Part shown: piece by piece, positions 18,511-26,743 of the stretch
Layout of the letters: each line of letters begins with the position of its first letter
How positions within the stretch are numbered: position 1 is the first letter of the stretch
From: Bacteroidaceae bacterium
GTDB taxonomy: Bacteria > Bacteroidota > Bacteroidia > Bacteroidales > Barnesiellaceae_A
Reading direction: 5' to 3'
Assembly: GCA_017555825.1 (NCBI GenBank)
Contig: JAFZFQ010000022.1
Location: forward strand, 7,174-71,173
DNA: 64,000 bases
Position numbers and translations under genes: made by a program
Notes under the pieces: model-generated
The model's input: only the letters and a program-made list of their open reading frames with translations
Database searches by the model: none
Told to the model about the DNA's origin: nothing

Positions 18511-19092
18511 ATGACAATGAAAAACATTCATGGAACAATTACCGAACAGAATTTGCTCAAAGCCTTTGCCGGAGAGTCTCAGGCGCGCAATCGCTATAAC
18601 CTTTTTGCCGAAGTGGCCAAGCAAGAGGGGTATGAGCAGATTATGGCCATATTTGCCGAAACAGCCGAGCAAGAGTATGCTCACGCTACACGATTCTTTA
18701 AGTTTCTCGATGGCGGTATGGTGAAGATTACTGCCGAGTATCCGGCCGGTCGCATAGGTACTACTACCGAAAATCTTCTGGAAGCTGCCGATGGCGAGAA
18801 GATGGAGTGGAGTGCGCTATATTTCGACTTCGAGCAACGAGCCATCGACGAGGGCTTCAAGGATGTGGCTGCTGCATTTAAGAAGATAGCCGAGGTAGAG
18901 GCTTTTCACGAGTGGCGCTATCGTCGCATGTTGCAACGTCTCGAAGATGGCACAATGTTCTTGCGACAAGACCCTATTGTGTGGCAATGTCGCAACTGTG
19001 GCTATATACACGAGGATGTGAAGCCGCCTATGGTGTGTCCTGCTTGCCTGGTAGAGCGAGCCTATTTTGAGCCCAAGCGCAACAATTACTAA
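18511..19092 (+). CDS. rbr: Rubrerythrin
   Basis: 193 aa. Ferritin-like diiron domain (GESQARNRY...EQEYAHA...EVEAFHEWRY) plus a C-terminal rubredoxin-like CxxC...CxxC (WQCRNCGY...MVCPAC). Confidence 0.94.
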   Translation: MTMKNIHGTITEQNLLKAFAGESQARNRYNLFAEVAKQEGYEQIMAIFAETAEQEYAHATRFFKFLDGGMVKITAEYPAGRIGTTTENLLEAADGEKMEWSALYFDFEQRAIDEGFKDVAAAFKKIAEVEAFHEWRYRRMLQRLEDGTMFLRQDPIVWQCRNCGYIHEDVKPPMVCPACLVERAYFEPKRNNY

Positions 19093-19113
19093 TCGCTGTA
19101 TGTATATAAAATG

Positions 19114-19146
19114 AAAGGTCTGCCAACTCCCGGCAGACCTTTCTAT
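19114..19146. terminator. Bidirectional terminator hairpin between rbr and tnaA
   Basis: Perfect 11-bp stem aaaggtctgcc/ggcagaccttt with a 7-nt loop and T-rich flanks on both strands. It sits between convergent genes. Confidence 0.75.
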
Positions 19147-19175
19147 TGCGAAACTAAAAGTTATCTCTTGTCTTA

Positions 19176-20555
19176 TTATTCTGTGATGGGAGCAAGTTTC
19201 ACAGTGAAGTGACGCATGAGTTCAGTTTCCCATACGATTTTCACACCGTGCTTGATTTCATCACGACGATCGTATACATTCTTCAACGCAGCGGCGATAA
19301 CGTCCATGTGGTTGTTGGTGTATACACGACGAGCGATACAGAGACGAAGGAGGTCGAGGCCACCGAAACGGTTTTCACGAGTTACGGGATCGCGGTCGGC
19401 AAGGATGTAACCGATTTCGCAACCACGGATACCAGCCTCACGATAGAGCTCGATAGCAAGAGTTTGAGCGGGGAACTCCTCTTTGGGAACGTTGGTGAGT
19501 ACGCGGTCGGCATCAACGAAGATAGCGTGACCACCTACGGGACGTTGGTAAGGAATACCATACTCGTCGAGCTTAGCAGCGAGGTATTGTACTTGTTTGA
19601 TACGAGTTTCGATGTTGTCGAGCTCAGTGTTCTCATCGAGACCAACTGCGAGAGCGTCCATATCACGACCGTTAAGACCACCGTAAGTCAAGAAACCTTC
19701 GAAGGGGATACAGAAGCGTTTTGCACCCTCGTAGAAGTCTTCGTGACGAGTAGCGATGAAACCACCCATGTTTACGAGACCGTCTTTCTTAGCCGACATT
19801 GTCATAGCATCGGCATAAGTGTACATCTCTTTTACGATTTCTTTGATAGTCTTGTCGGCGTAACCAGCCTCGCGAGTTTTGATGAAATATGCGTTCTCAA
19901 CGAAACGAGCAGAGTCGAATACTACGCGTTTGTTGTATTTGTCGGCGATAGCTTTAACGGCACGGAGGTTCTCCATAGAAACGGGTTGACCACCGGCAGT
20001 GTTGTTAGTTACAGTTACGATTACGAAAGGAATTTTGTCGGCATTCTCGGCCAAAACTTTTTCAAGTTTAGCGGGGTCAACATTACCTTTGAAGGGGTGC
20101 TCGAGTTGAGTATCTTTAGCCTCGTCGATAGTACAGTCGATAGCGAAAGCTTTACGGCTCTCGATGTGACCCTTAGTAGTATCGAAGTGAGAGTTACCGG
20201 GAACGATGTCACCAGCTTTTACGAGGTGGCTGAAGAGAACGTTCTCAGCACCACGACCTTGGTGAGTGGGGATTACATACTCGAAGCCTGTGAGGCGAGT
20301 GATAGTCTCTTTGAGACGGAAGAAAGAAGCCGAACCAGCGTAGCTTTCGTCACCCATCATCATAGCAGCCCATTGACGGTCGCTCATAGCACCTGTACCT
20401 GAGTCTGTAAGACAGTCGATGTAAACGTGGTCTGATTTCAAGTTGAACAAGTTGTAGTGAGCTTCTTTGAGCCATTGTTCACGCTCTTCGCGAGTACTTT
20501 TGCGAAGGGGTTCTACCATCTTGATTTTCCAAGATTCTGCAAATGGTAATTCCAT
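19176..20555 (-). CDS. tnaA: Tryptophanase (beta-eliminating lyase family)
   Basis: 459 aa. MELPFAESWKIKMVEP...NLFNLKSDHVYIDCLTDSGTGAMS...; PLP-lysine region DAMTMSAKKDGLVNMGG. Tyrosine phenol-lyase cannot be excluded by eye. Confidence 0.85.
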   Translation of the reverse strand: MELPFAESWKIKMVEPLRKSTREEREQWLKEAHYNLFNLKSDHVYIDCLTDSGTGAMSDRQWAAMMMGDESYAGSASFFRLKETITRLTGFEYVIPTHQGRGAENVLFSHLVKAGDIVPGNSHFDTTKGHIESRKAFAIDCTIDEAKDTQLEHPFKGNVDPAKLEKVLAENADKIPFVIVTVTNNTAGGQPVSMENLRAVKAIADKYNKRVVFDSARFVENAYFIKTREAGYADKTIKEIVKEMYTYADAMTMSAKKDGLVNMGGFIATRHEDFYEGAKRFCIPFEGFLTYGGLNGRDMDALAVGLDENTELDNIETRIKQVQYLAAKLDEYGIPYQRPVGGHAIFVDADRVLTNVPKEEFPAQTLAIELYREAGIRGCEIGYILADRDPVTRENRFGGLDLLRLCIARRVYTNNHMDVIAAALKNVYDRRDEIKHGVKIVWETELMRHFTVKLAPITE

Positions 20556-20653
20556 ATTAAAGATATTTTTATGATTAATGTTTTTGTGTTAGATTCTGTT
20601 TCTTGTTGAACTAAGGTTTCTTGGTTTTCGTGTTCACAGTGCATTAAGCACTG

Positions 20654-20661
20654 CAAAGGTA
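20654..20661 (-). promoter_or_regulatory. -7 promoter box TAccTTTG (tnaA)
   Basis: Exact TAnnTTTG on the minus strand. It implies an A-rich 5' UTR of roughly 90 nt. Confidence 0.5.
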
Positions 20662-20713
20662 GCTATTTATTGCGAAAGAAAGACCTTTTTTTAAATAAAA
20701 ATTCAAACTAATT

Positions 20714-22204
20714 TTATTTATCAAAAGCGTCGAAAATATCGGCTCGGTATATATTGTCTTCATTTTTGCTGTGGCTTGCATACCATACTTGTGCCAAGAA
20801 GGGGTTGTGTCGTGCTTCGCGGTCGTATTGCCAGGGCATGGGGAAGCAGTCGGGGCACCAGTGTCCGCCCAACAAAACGAGTGCCGGAGTGGCCTTAAAA
20901 CGGTGTCCGTCATAGCACTCCCATTCCAGAGGGGTGTAGGCGTCGCCCACAGTCATCTCGGTCGATAGGCACTTGCCTCCGCGCCACATGGCGGCAAGTC
21001 GCATGTCGTCGATGTTCCATTGGCTCATGGGTTTGGCTTCGTTGTAGCCGTGGTTGAGCTGGGTGGGTGTCTCGTCGGGGCGCGATAGGTCGGTATGCTC
21101 CCAATCGGGTAGTTTTTCCCATTCTTCGCGAGAGCCGAAGTAGGCCGATATGCGTTGTGTGTCGTTGTCGCGTAGCCAACTCATGGTGCCAAATGGACGC
21201 ATGTAGGTAATGGCTTTCATGCCGAGCTTGATAAGTGGTGCAGGCACGATTTTGGCCAATGAGAAGAATGAGGGTAGTTGCTTGCGCAACGATTCGAAGT
21301 ACTCTTTGACGGGTATGTTGGCACGGAAGTGCAGATACTCTTCCAATACGTCGGCGTCGCTAAACCAGTAGCCGTGGAAGTTGCGAGTGGCAAACCACTT
21401 GCGCTCAAATACCTGTTCGGGTGCAGGGCACGAGAGGGCTTTGAGCAATAGAGATTCAAATTCGTAGAGTGTGAGGCGGTAATAATCGCCACTGCTTATG
21501 TTGTAGAAGCGTCGCCAGAACTCCTCGGGCAACTCGGTGTCGCACATGCGTGCAAGCAGTCGGCCCGAGTCTTCTTTGGTAGCCCATTCCAATACACCAT
21601 CTACCGGCACATGAAAGGTAATAGGGTCGGCTCCATTCAAGATTAGCTCGGGGTAGAGAATACCGGTTTGTCGTAGCGATACCCAATGCTTCAAGCCCGA
21701 CTCGGCAAAGATGCGCTCGGCCAAGCACTTCGACATGGCATAGTGGTCATATACGCTCACGTTGATAGGGTCGCCTGTGCGTCCCCAGTGTATGGGCGCA
21801 CAGCGATGGCCTGTCTGTGCCACGCTGCCTATATACACCACGCGTACCTCGTCGGCGTTGTGTTGAGCTTTTACGGCACGCACTATGTTTTCGGCTGCAG
21901 TGATATTCACGCGCAGGGTTTCGTTGGGGTATTTGTCGGCTTTGGGCGACACCATGCCACCCACGTGTAGCACATAGTCGGCACCTTGCACGCCACTCAG
22001 CACATCGTCATAGCAAGTGAGGTCGCCCCACACAATGCGTATGAAGGGCATGGAGGCATAAGTGCGCATCTTGCGACGATTCTTGGCCGATGGGCGCACC
22101 AGCAGGGTGATGTCAAACCGATCGCTCAATTTTATAAGTTCATTCAGTCCTGCGCCACCCATCACGCCGGTAGCACCGGTAAGAAATATCGTTTTCTTCT
22201 TCAT
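20714..22204 (-). CDS. Extended SDR / NAD-dependent epimerase-dehydratase-fold protein with long C-terminal extension ending in a 4-Cys module
   Basis: Start taken at MKKKTIFLTGATGVMGG (Rossmann motif). YxxxK is present (YAMSK). About 200 extra C-terminal residues include RGGKCLS...LEWECYDGHRF...GGHWCPDC. Confidence 0.72.
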   Translation of the reverse strand: MKKKTIFLTGATGVMGGAGLNELIKLSDRFDITLLVRPSAKNRRKMRTYASMPFIRIVWGDLTCYDDVLSGVQGADYVLHVGGMVSPKADKYPNETLRVNITAAENIVRAVKAQHNADEVRVVYIGSVAQTGHRCAPIHWGRTGDPINVSVYDHYAMSKCLAERIFAESGLKHWVSLRQTGILYPELILNGADPITFHVPVDGVLEWATKEDSGRLLARMCDTELPEEFWRRFYNISSGDYYRLTLYEFESLLLKALSCPAPEQVFERKWFATRNFHGYWFSDADVLEEYLHFRANIPVKEYFESLRKQLPSFFSLAKIVPAPLIKLGMKAITYMRPFGTMSWLRDNDTQRISAYFGSREEWEKLPDWEHTDLSRPDETPTQLNHGYNEAKPMSQWNIDDMRLAAMWRGGKCLSTEMTVGDAYTPLEWECYDGHRFKATPALVLLGGHWCPDCFPMPWQYDREARHNPFLAQVWYASHSKNEDNIYRADIFDAFDK

Positions 22205-22344
22205 ATAATCCCATTTCAATTGTGTTGTAAAGATACAATATTTTTCGGAAAAAGCAGGAGTGGGATAGTCCTGTTAAAAAAAGAGCGACTGCACCGGTAT
22301 ATATTCCGGCACAGCCTCTCAACGATATTTTATTGGTAATATGG

Positions 22345-24675
22345 TTAGTTTACTATAACTTTTTTATCGATTGTATTGTCTGCACATTTTACTTTCACTA
22401 TGTAGAGTCCTTTGTGCAGCTCTGAGAGGTTTATGATTTGTCGGCATTGTTTATTCCCCTCATAACACTTTACAAGCATACCGCTGGTGTTGTATAGGCA
22501 GATACGCTCAATAGCCGATGTAGACAATATCTTCAATTGACTGCCGTCAATCATTGACACTTCGGTGTTGTCGGCCAAGTTATCTTCTACGCTCAAGTTG
22601 TCTGTAACATACACCTTGAAGTTATCTATAATCACATAGCCGTCGCCACAACCGTCATAAACAAATCGGAACATCGGGGTAGCATCTTTTGTAACAGAGG
22701 TGATGTCGGTTTCATATTTATAGTCTGTTATATCGGCGTAATAAATGTCGGCATACCACTCCCATGTTTCACCGCAGTCGGTCGATACCTCTAAACCAAA
22801 GTATGAGAAATCCCATATAGAGTAGTAATCTATAGTGCAAGAGAGCATGACACTCTCGCCTTCCGGAATATTGGAGTTGTCGAATAGAGGAGTAGTAATA
22901 CTGCTGATTATGTTAAGGAACTCATTGGCTTCGCTTGATAAAGAGGCAAAGTTGCCCTCAATATCGGTACACGATGTTTCTATCTCAAACCAATTGTCAA
23001 ATCGCCACTTGAACATAGGGTCTATACCGTTGAGCATTTCAACTGCCCAATTGTCGGGGGTAAGATCTCCATCGAAGTTTTGGGTATATGGAAGTTCGGT
23101 TATTGCCCAATCGTAGGCCAATATACTACATTGTGTGGGCAATGATAGCTGGCCGTCATTGTACAATGCTTTGACTGAATAGGTATAATATCCTGCATTA
23201 ACATCGCTATCGGTGTAGGTAAGCGACATATTGGGAGTGATACTTGCTATCTCGCTATTGCCTCTATATACCTTATATGCCTCGATTGTAGTGTCAGAAG
23301 CTTTGGCTGCTTGCCAAGAGAGGGCAACCGAGCCGTTGTCGAGTATGGCATTGAGATTGCGAGGCGTGTAGTGTGTATTCATGGCAACTTGGTCGCCTAT
23401 ACGTTCCGATTCGCCATAGGGATAGTTATATACAGCCGCAACTTCGTAAGTGTAGATGCCTCGACCTACCCATGAGTTGCCCATTTCACCAAGGGGCAGT
23501 TCGTTGCCGGCTATTACATCATTTACATATACCACATAGAAGGCCGGTTGACGCTCGCCTTCGGGTGCATCCCATGAAATTGTCACTTCTCCCCAGCCTT
23601 TTTCTTCATAGTATTGGCTGGTAACTTTTACATTTGTAGGGGGATTGAATGTACTTTCGGCAATGTCGACTTGCAGAGATGCGGCATCCGATACACCATG
23701 TTCATTTACGGCTTTCACCTCATAGGTATATGTGCCGGCTTCTTTATCGGTGATATCGGCGTAGTTGAGAGAGCATAGCTTATCGGCAATAAGTTCGCCG
23801 TTCAAGAATACCTGATAGTATGATAATGGAGCAGTTTCCTCTTTTATCGCATAGCGACAATTCTTGTTAGGTGTTTCGTTGCTTTCAAATACTCGGAAAG
23901 ACTTTGTGGCATTGTCGGTCTTGCGACAATTTTTTTTCTTTATAGATTGAGTGGTATTGCCCGATGAGCCATTTGAAGATATCATAACATCGTCTATCGA
24001 CCACGAGAAATAGAGCATAGACCATTCGCTTTCCATATCACTTTGTGCATGAAAAGCAATACGTGTATTGGGGGTAGGTGCGCCTAAATATAGAGATGCT
24101 TGTTGCCACTCGTCAAGGCCATTGTGATGGTTGCGGGCATCCCATACAATCTCCCAAGTTTGGCCACCATCGCGACTCAACTCCACACAATATTTATCGA
24201 CAAAATCGGAATATTGTGCATATTCGAGCAACATTGGATTGATGTAATACCAGAAATCGAGGTACATGGCGTTGTCGTATATTGGCGATATGAGCCATTC
24301 GTCTTGGTTGTAAGCTATACCCTCATGATATCCCATGTCCATATATACCATAGTGCTACCCTCGCCACTATTTATGTACCAATCCCAATTGTCCAACTCC
24401 TTAAAGTCGTCGCTGGGATAGTGAAACCAAGAACAACGATAGTCGGTAGTGTTGAGTTTTTTTGTTTCCCATCCTTCTGACGGAAAGGCCTCGTTTTCAA
24501 ACCCCTCATAAGTTATAAGGGTATCATCACCACCCCTTTGCCACGATAACGATACCATACATCCGTCAATATCGGCTTGCAGATTGGTAGGTGTGGTCGG
24601 TGTTTGCGCTACTACCGAGAGAATAACTCCCATACTCATTAATAGCGAAAAAAAGACTTTTTTTTTACGTTCCAT
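22345..24675 (-). CDS. T9SS-sorted multidomain surface/secreted protein (Fn3-like repeats; MAM / choice-of-anchor-J-like modules)
   Basis: 776 aa with a signal peptide. Repeated PTNL/PRNL...SL(S)W Fn3-type starts. The C-terminus (ICLYNTSGMLVKCYEG...GLYIVKVKCADNTIDKKVIVN) resembles a T9SS CTD. Domain names are tentative. Confidence 0.65.
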   Translation of the reverse strand: MERKKKVFFSLLMSMGVILSVVAQTPTTPTNLQADIDGCMVSLSWQRGGDDTLITYEGFENEAFPSEGWETKKLNTTDYRCSWFHYPSDDFKELDNWDWYINSGEGSTMVYMDMGYHEGIAYNQDEWLISPIYDNAMYLDFWYYINPMLLEYAQYSDFVDKYCVELSRDGGQTWEIVWDARNHHNGLDEWQQASLYLGAPTPNTRIAFHAQSDMESEWSMLYFSWSIDDVMISSNGSSGNTTQSIKKKNCRKTDNATKSFRVFESNETPNKNCRYAIKEETAPLSYYQVFLNGELIADKLCSLNYADITDKEAGTYTYEVKAVNEHGVSDAASLQVDIAESTFNPPTNVKVTSQYYEEKGWGEVTISWDAPEGERQPAFYVVYVNDVIAGNELPLGEMGNSWVGRGIYTYEVAAVYNYPYGESERIGDQVAMNTHYTPRNLNAILDNGSVALSWQAAKASDTTIEAYKVYRGNSEIASITPNMSLTYTDSDVNAGYYTYSVKALYNDGQLSLPTQCSILAYDWAITELPYTQNFDGDLTPDNWAVEMLNGIDPMFKWRFDNWFEIETSCTDIEGNFASLSSEANEFLNIISSITTPLFDNSNIPEGESVMLSCTIDYYSIWDFSYFGLEVSTDCGETWEWYADIYYADITDYKYETDITSVTKDATPMFRFVYDGCGDGYVIIDNFKVYVTDNLSVEDNLADNTEVSMIDGSQLKILSTSAIERICLYNTSGMLVKCYEGNKQCRQIINLSELHKGLYIVKVKCADNTIDKKVIVN

Positions 24676-24850
24676 AATACACAGTTTTAGAATTAATTAT
24701 TTATTGTATAGTTTGATTTTATCTGTCCTGCCCCAATTGGTTGAGGCAAAATTATGGAATGTAAAAAGATGCTGTAATCTTTTACAAACAAAACAATTTC
24801 TAATTCAAGAAATAGAAAGAAAAATGCGTTGTAAGATGGTGTAAATTGTA

Positions 24851-26545
24851 TTACACTCGCTCTTTCGATATTTTTTGATACATCGAGGGCTTGATGCCGG
24901 TATATTGAGTAAAGACGCGAATGAAGTTGGCTTGCGACTTGTAGCCCACACTTTCGCTTATTGCTTTTATTGTGTACAGTGCATAATTCTCGTTGTCGGA
25001 TATACGCTTCATGGCTACTTTCACACGACACTCGTTGAGTAAGGAGCGGAAGTTCATTCCGTATTCGTCGTTTATTATTTGTGATATATATCGGGTGTTG
25101 CTACCTATGAGGGTGGCAAGTCGGGCTATATTGAAGTCGTTATTACATATTTCTTCTTCATTTGCCATAATCTCGATGATGCCTTGCAAAATCTGCATCC
25201 GCAATTCGTTAGAAATATTCAGCCCATGACCGGTATTTTTCATAACCTCCTCCTCATTGACCTCTTCTTTCTCTATGGTCGTGTGTGGGGTGTGTGCATT
25301 GGGTGACGACTCGTATATTTCGCGCAACAAAATCATGCGGTTTTTATAACTTTCCTCTCGTTTGAGAGCCTCTTGGTTGCGATTGTATAGTTCATTATAG
25401 GCCTTTGTGAGGTGTCGTTTTTGTTTCCAGATATAAGCCAGCAGTATACAGCCCAAAAGCAGGCCGATAGAAATCGTTAAGATGAGCATGCGCTGTTGCA
25501 ATATCTTTTGTTCGTCATGCTGTTGTTGCTCGGTGAGTTTCGATATTATCTCATTGTTGCTATTGAGCTCATAGAGAAATTGTGCGTTCTTTAGGCTGTT
25601 AAATTTTCGTTGATTGAAAATTGAATCGTGCAACTCGGTGTAAAGAACTTTATAGTGATTGTGGTTTGAGGTGTCATGTTTCCGTTCATACATATTTGCT
25701 AAGTTTCCCAGCGAGACGGCCAACAAGTCTGTTGTGCCGGTTTTTCTGGCCAGCTCCTCGTTTAGATGAAAATATTTCAGTGCCGAGTCGAGTTCTTGTG
25801 TATACACATATATTTTGGCCAATCCATTATATGCGGCACCTATACATTGGGCTCCGAGTTCCTTGTCAATGGCTATCGTAACAGCCTGTTGATATTGGTC
25901 TATTGCTTCGAGACACTTCTCCTCGTAAGATAGCAATATTGCATTGCTTATGAGCATGTCGTAATGGTATCTTGCACGATTGTCGCTTGCATTAGATTTC
26001 AGAATGTTGTAATAGCTGCGCGCCTCGTCGTTCTTTCCGCTATAGCACAATGAGCATATCAGGTTATTGAGTGCATGATTATGTAGCTCGATATTGTCGC
26101 ACTGCCGAGCTGCATCGGCCGATTTTTTATAAAAAGAGACACTCTGTTCATAATCATGATGAACGCTATATATGTTGCCTATATAAACGTATATCTGCGA
26201 CAGGATGTCGTCGAAATGGTTGTTGTTACATATTTTCAGCCCCTTGAGCCATATATCCATAGCTTCGGAATAACTGTTTTTCTTATAGTATAAAATACCA
26301 GTTTTGTGCATAGCCTCGGCGCACATTCTTTTGTGTGAGGCCAGCATATCTTCGCAATATCGATTATATAAAATGCTATAATAAATTATGGCGCTATCGG
26401 ACTTGGCTGTATAACAATCTTCTCCATACACGTATAGTGTGTCATTGGGTAGAGTTGCCAGATATGATAAATCGACATTCGACCACACGGCAAAGTGTGT
26501 AGTCGATATCGCTATCATAAATAATATAGATAAGATACGTTTCAT
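24851..26545 (-). CDS. Membrane-spanning one-component regulator: periplasmic TPR sensor, TM, coiled coil, AraC-type HTH
   Basis: 564 aa. Signal/anchor, multiple TPR-like repeats, TM (LILTISIGLLLGCILLAYIW). C-terminal AraC/XylS HTH (ARLATLIGSNTRYISQIINDEYG...ISESVGYKSQANFIRVFTQYTGIKPSMY). Confidence 0.8.
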   Translation of the reverse strand: MKRILSILFMIAISTTHFAVWSNVDLSYLATLPNDTLYVYGEDCYTAKSDSAIIYYSILYNRYCEDMLASHKRMCAEAMHKTGILYYKKNSYSEAMDIWLKGLKICNNNHFDDILSQIYVYIGNIYSVHHDYEQSVSFYKKSADAARQCDNIELHNHALNNLICSLCYSGKNDEARSYYNILKSNASDNRARYHYDMLISNAILLSYEEKCLEAIDQYQQAVTIAIDKELGAQCIGAAYNGLAKIYVYTQELDSALKYFHLNEELARKTGTTDLLAVSLGNLANMYERKHDTSNHNHYKVLYTELHDSIFNQRKFNSLKNAQFLYELNSNNEIISKLTEQQQHDEQKILQQRMLILTISIGLLLGCILLAYIWKQKRHLTKAYNELYNRNQEALKREESYKNRMILLREIYESSPNAHTPHTTIEKEEVNEEEVMKNTGHGLNISNELRMQILQGIIEIMANEEEICNNDFNIARLATLIGSNTRYISQIINDEYGMNFRSLLNECRVKVAMKRISDNENYALYTIKAISESVGYKSQANFIRVFTQYTGIKPSMYQKISKERV

Positions 26546-26570
26546 CTATCCAATACGAGTGTCAGCCCTG

Positions 26571-26578
26571 CAAATGTA
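26571..26578 (-). promoter_or_regulatory. -7 promoter box TAcaTTTG (TPR/AraC regulator)
   Basis: Exact TAnnTTTG on the minus strand, about 26 nt upstream of the ATG at 26545. Confidence 0.45.
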
Positions 26579-26743
26579 GTGAAAGGAGTGTGAACGTACA
26601 AGTCTTCTATTGGATGATTTGACTCTTGCAATCTCGTTTTTTGCTACTCGGCGAAGTTTTGTTTATATCGGTATTACAAGAGAAGCTCTGAGGACGATAT
26701 TCATCCATCAGAGCTACTCGGCAACGTTTATATTCTTTGTATA

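Noticed and set aside
19209-20402. A 397-aa plus-strand ORF opposite tnaA.
   Set aside because: It is a shadow ORF. The translation is repetitive, Val/Thr/Ser/Glu-rich nonsense, while the minus-strand product is an unmistakable tryptophanase.
20513-20644. A 43-codon upstream ORF (MHCEHENQ...LIWNYHLQNLGKSRW) in the tnaA leader, overlapping the tnaA start. It is reminiscent of TnaC-type leader-peptide control.
   Set aside because: Its ATG lies only a few nt from the predicted transcription start, so it may not be on the mRNA or may lack a ribosome landing site. It has no similarity to TnaC (no W-x3-D...P context). A-rich unstructured leaders are normal in Bacteroidetes. Ribo-seq would be needed to revive the idea.
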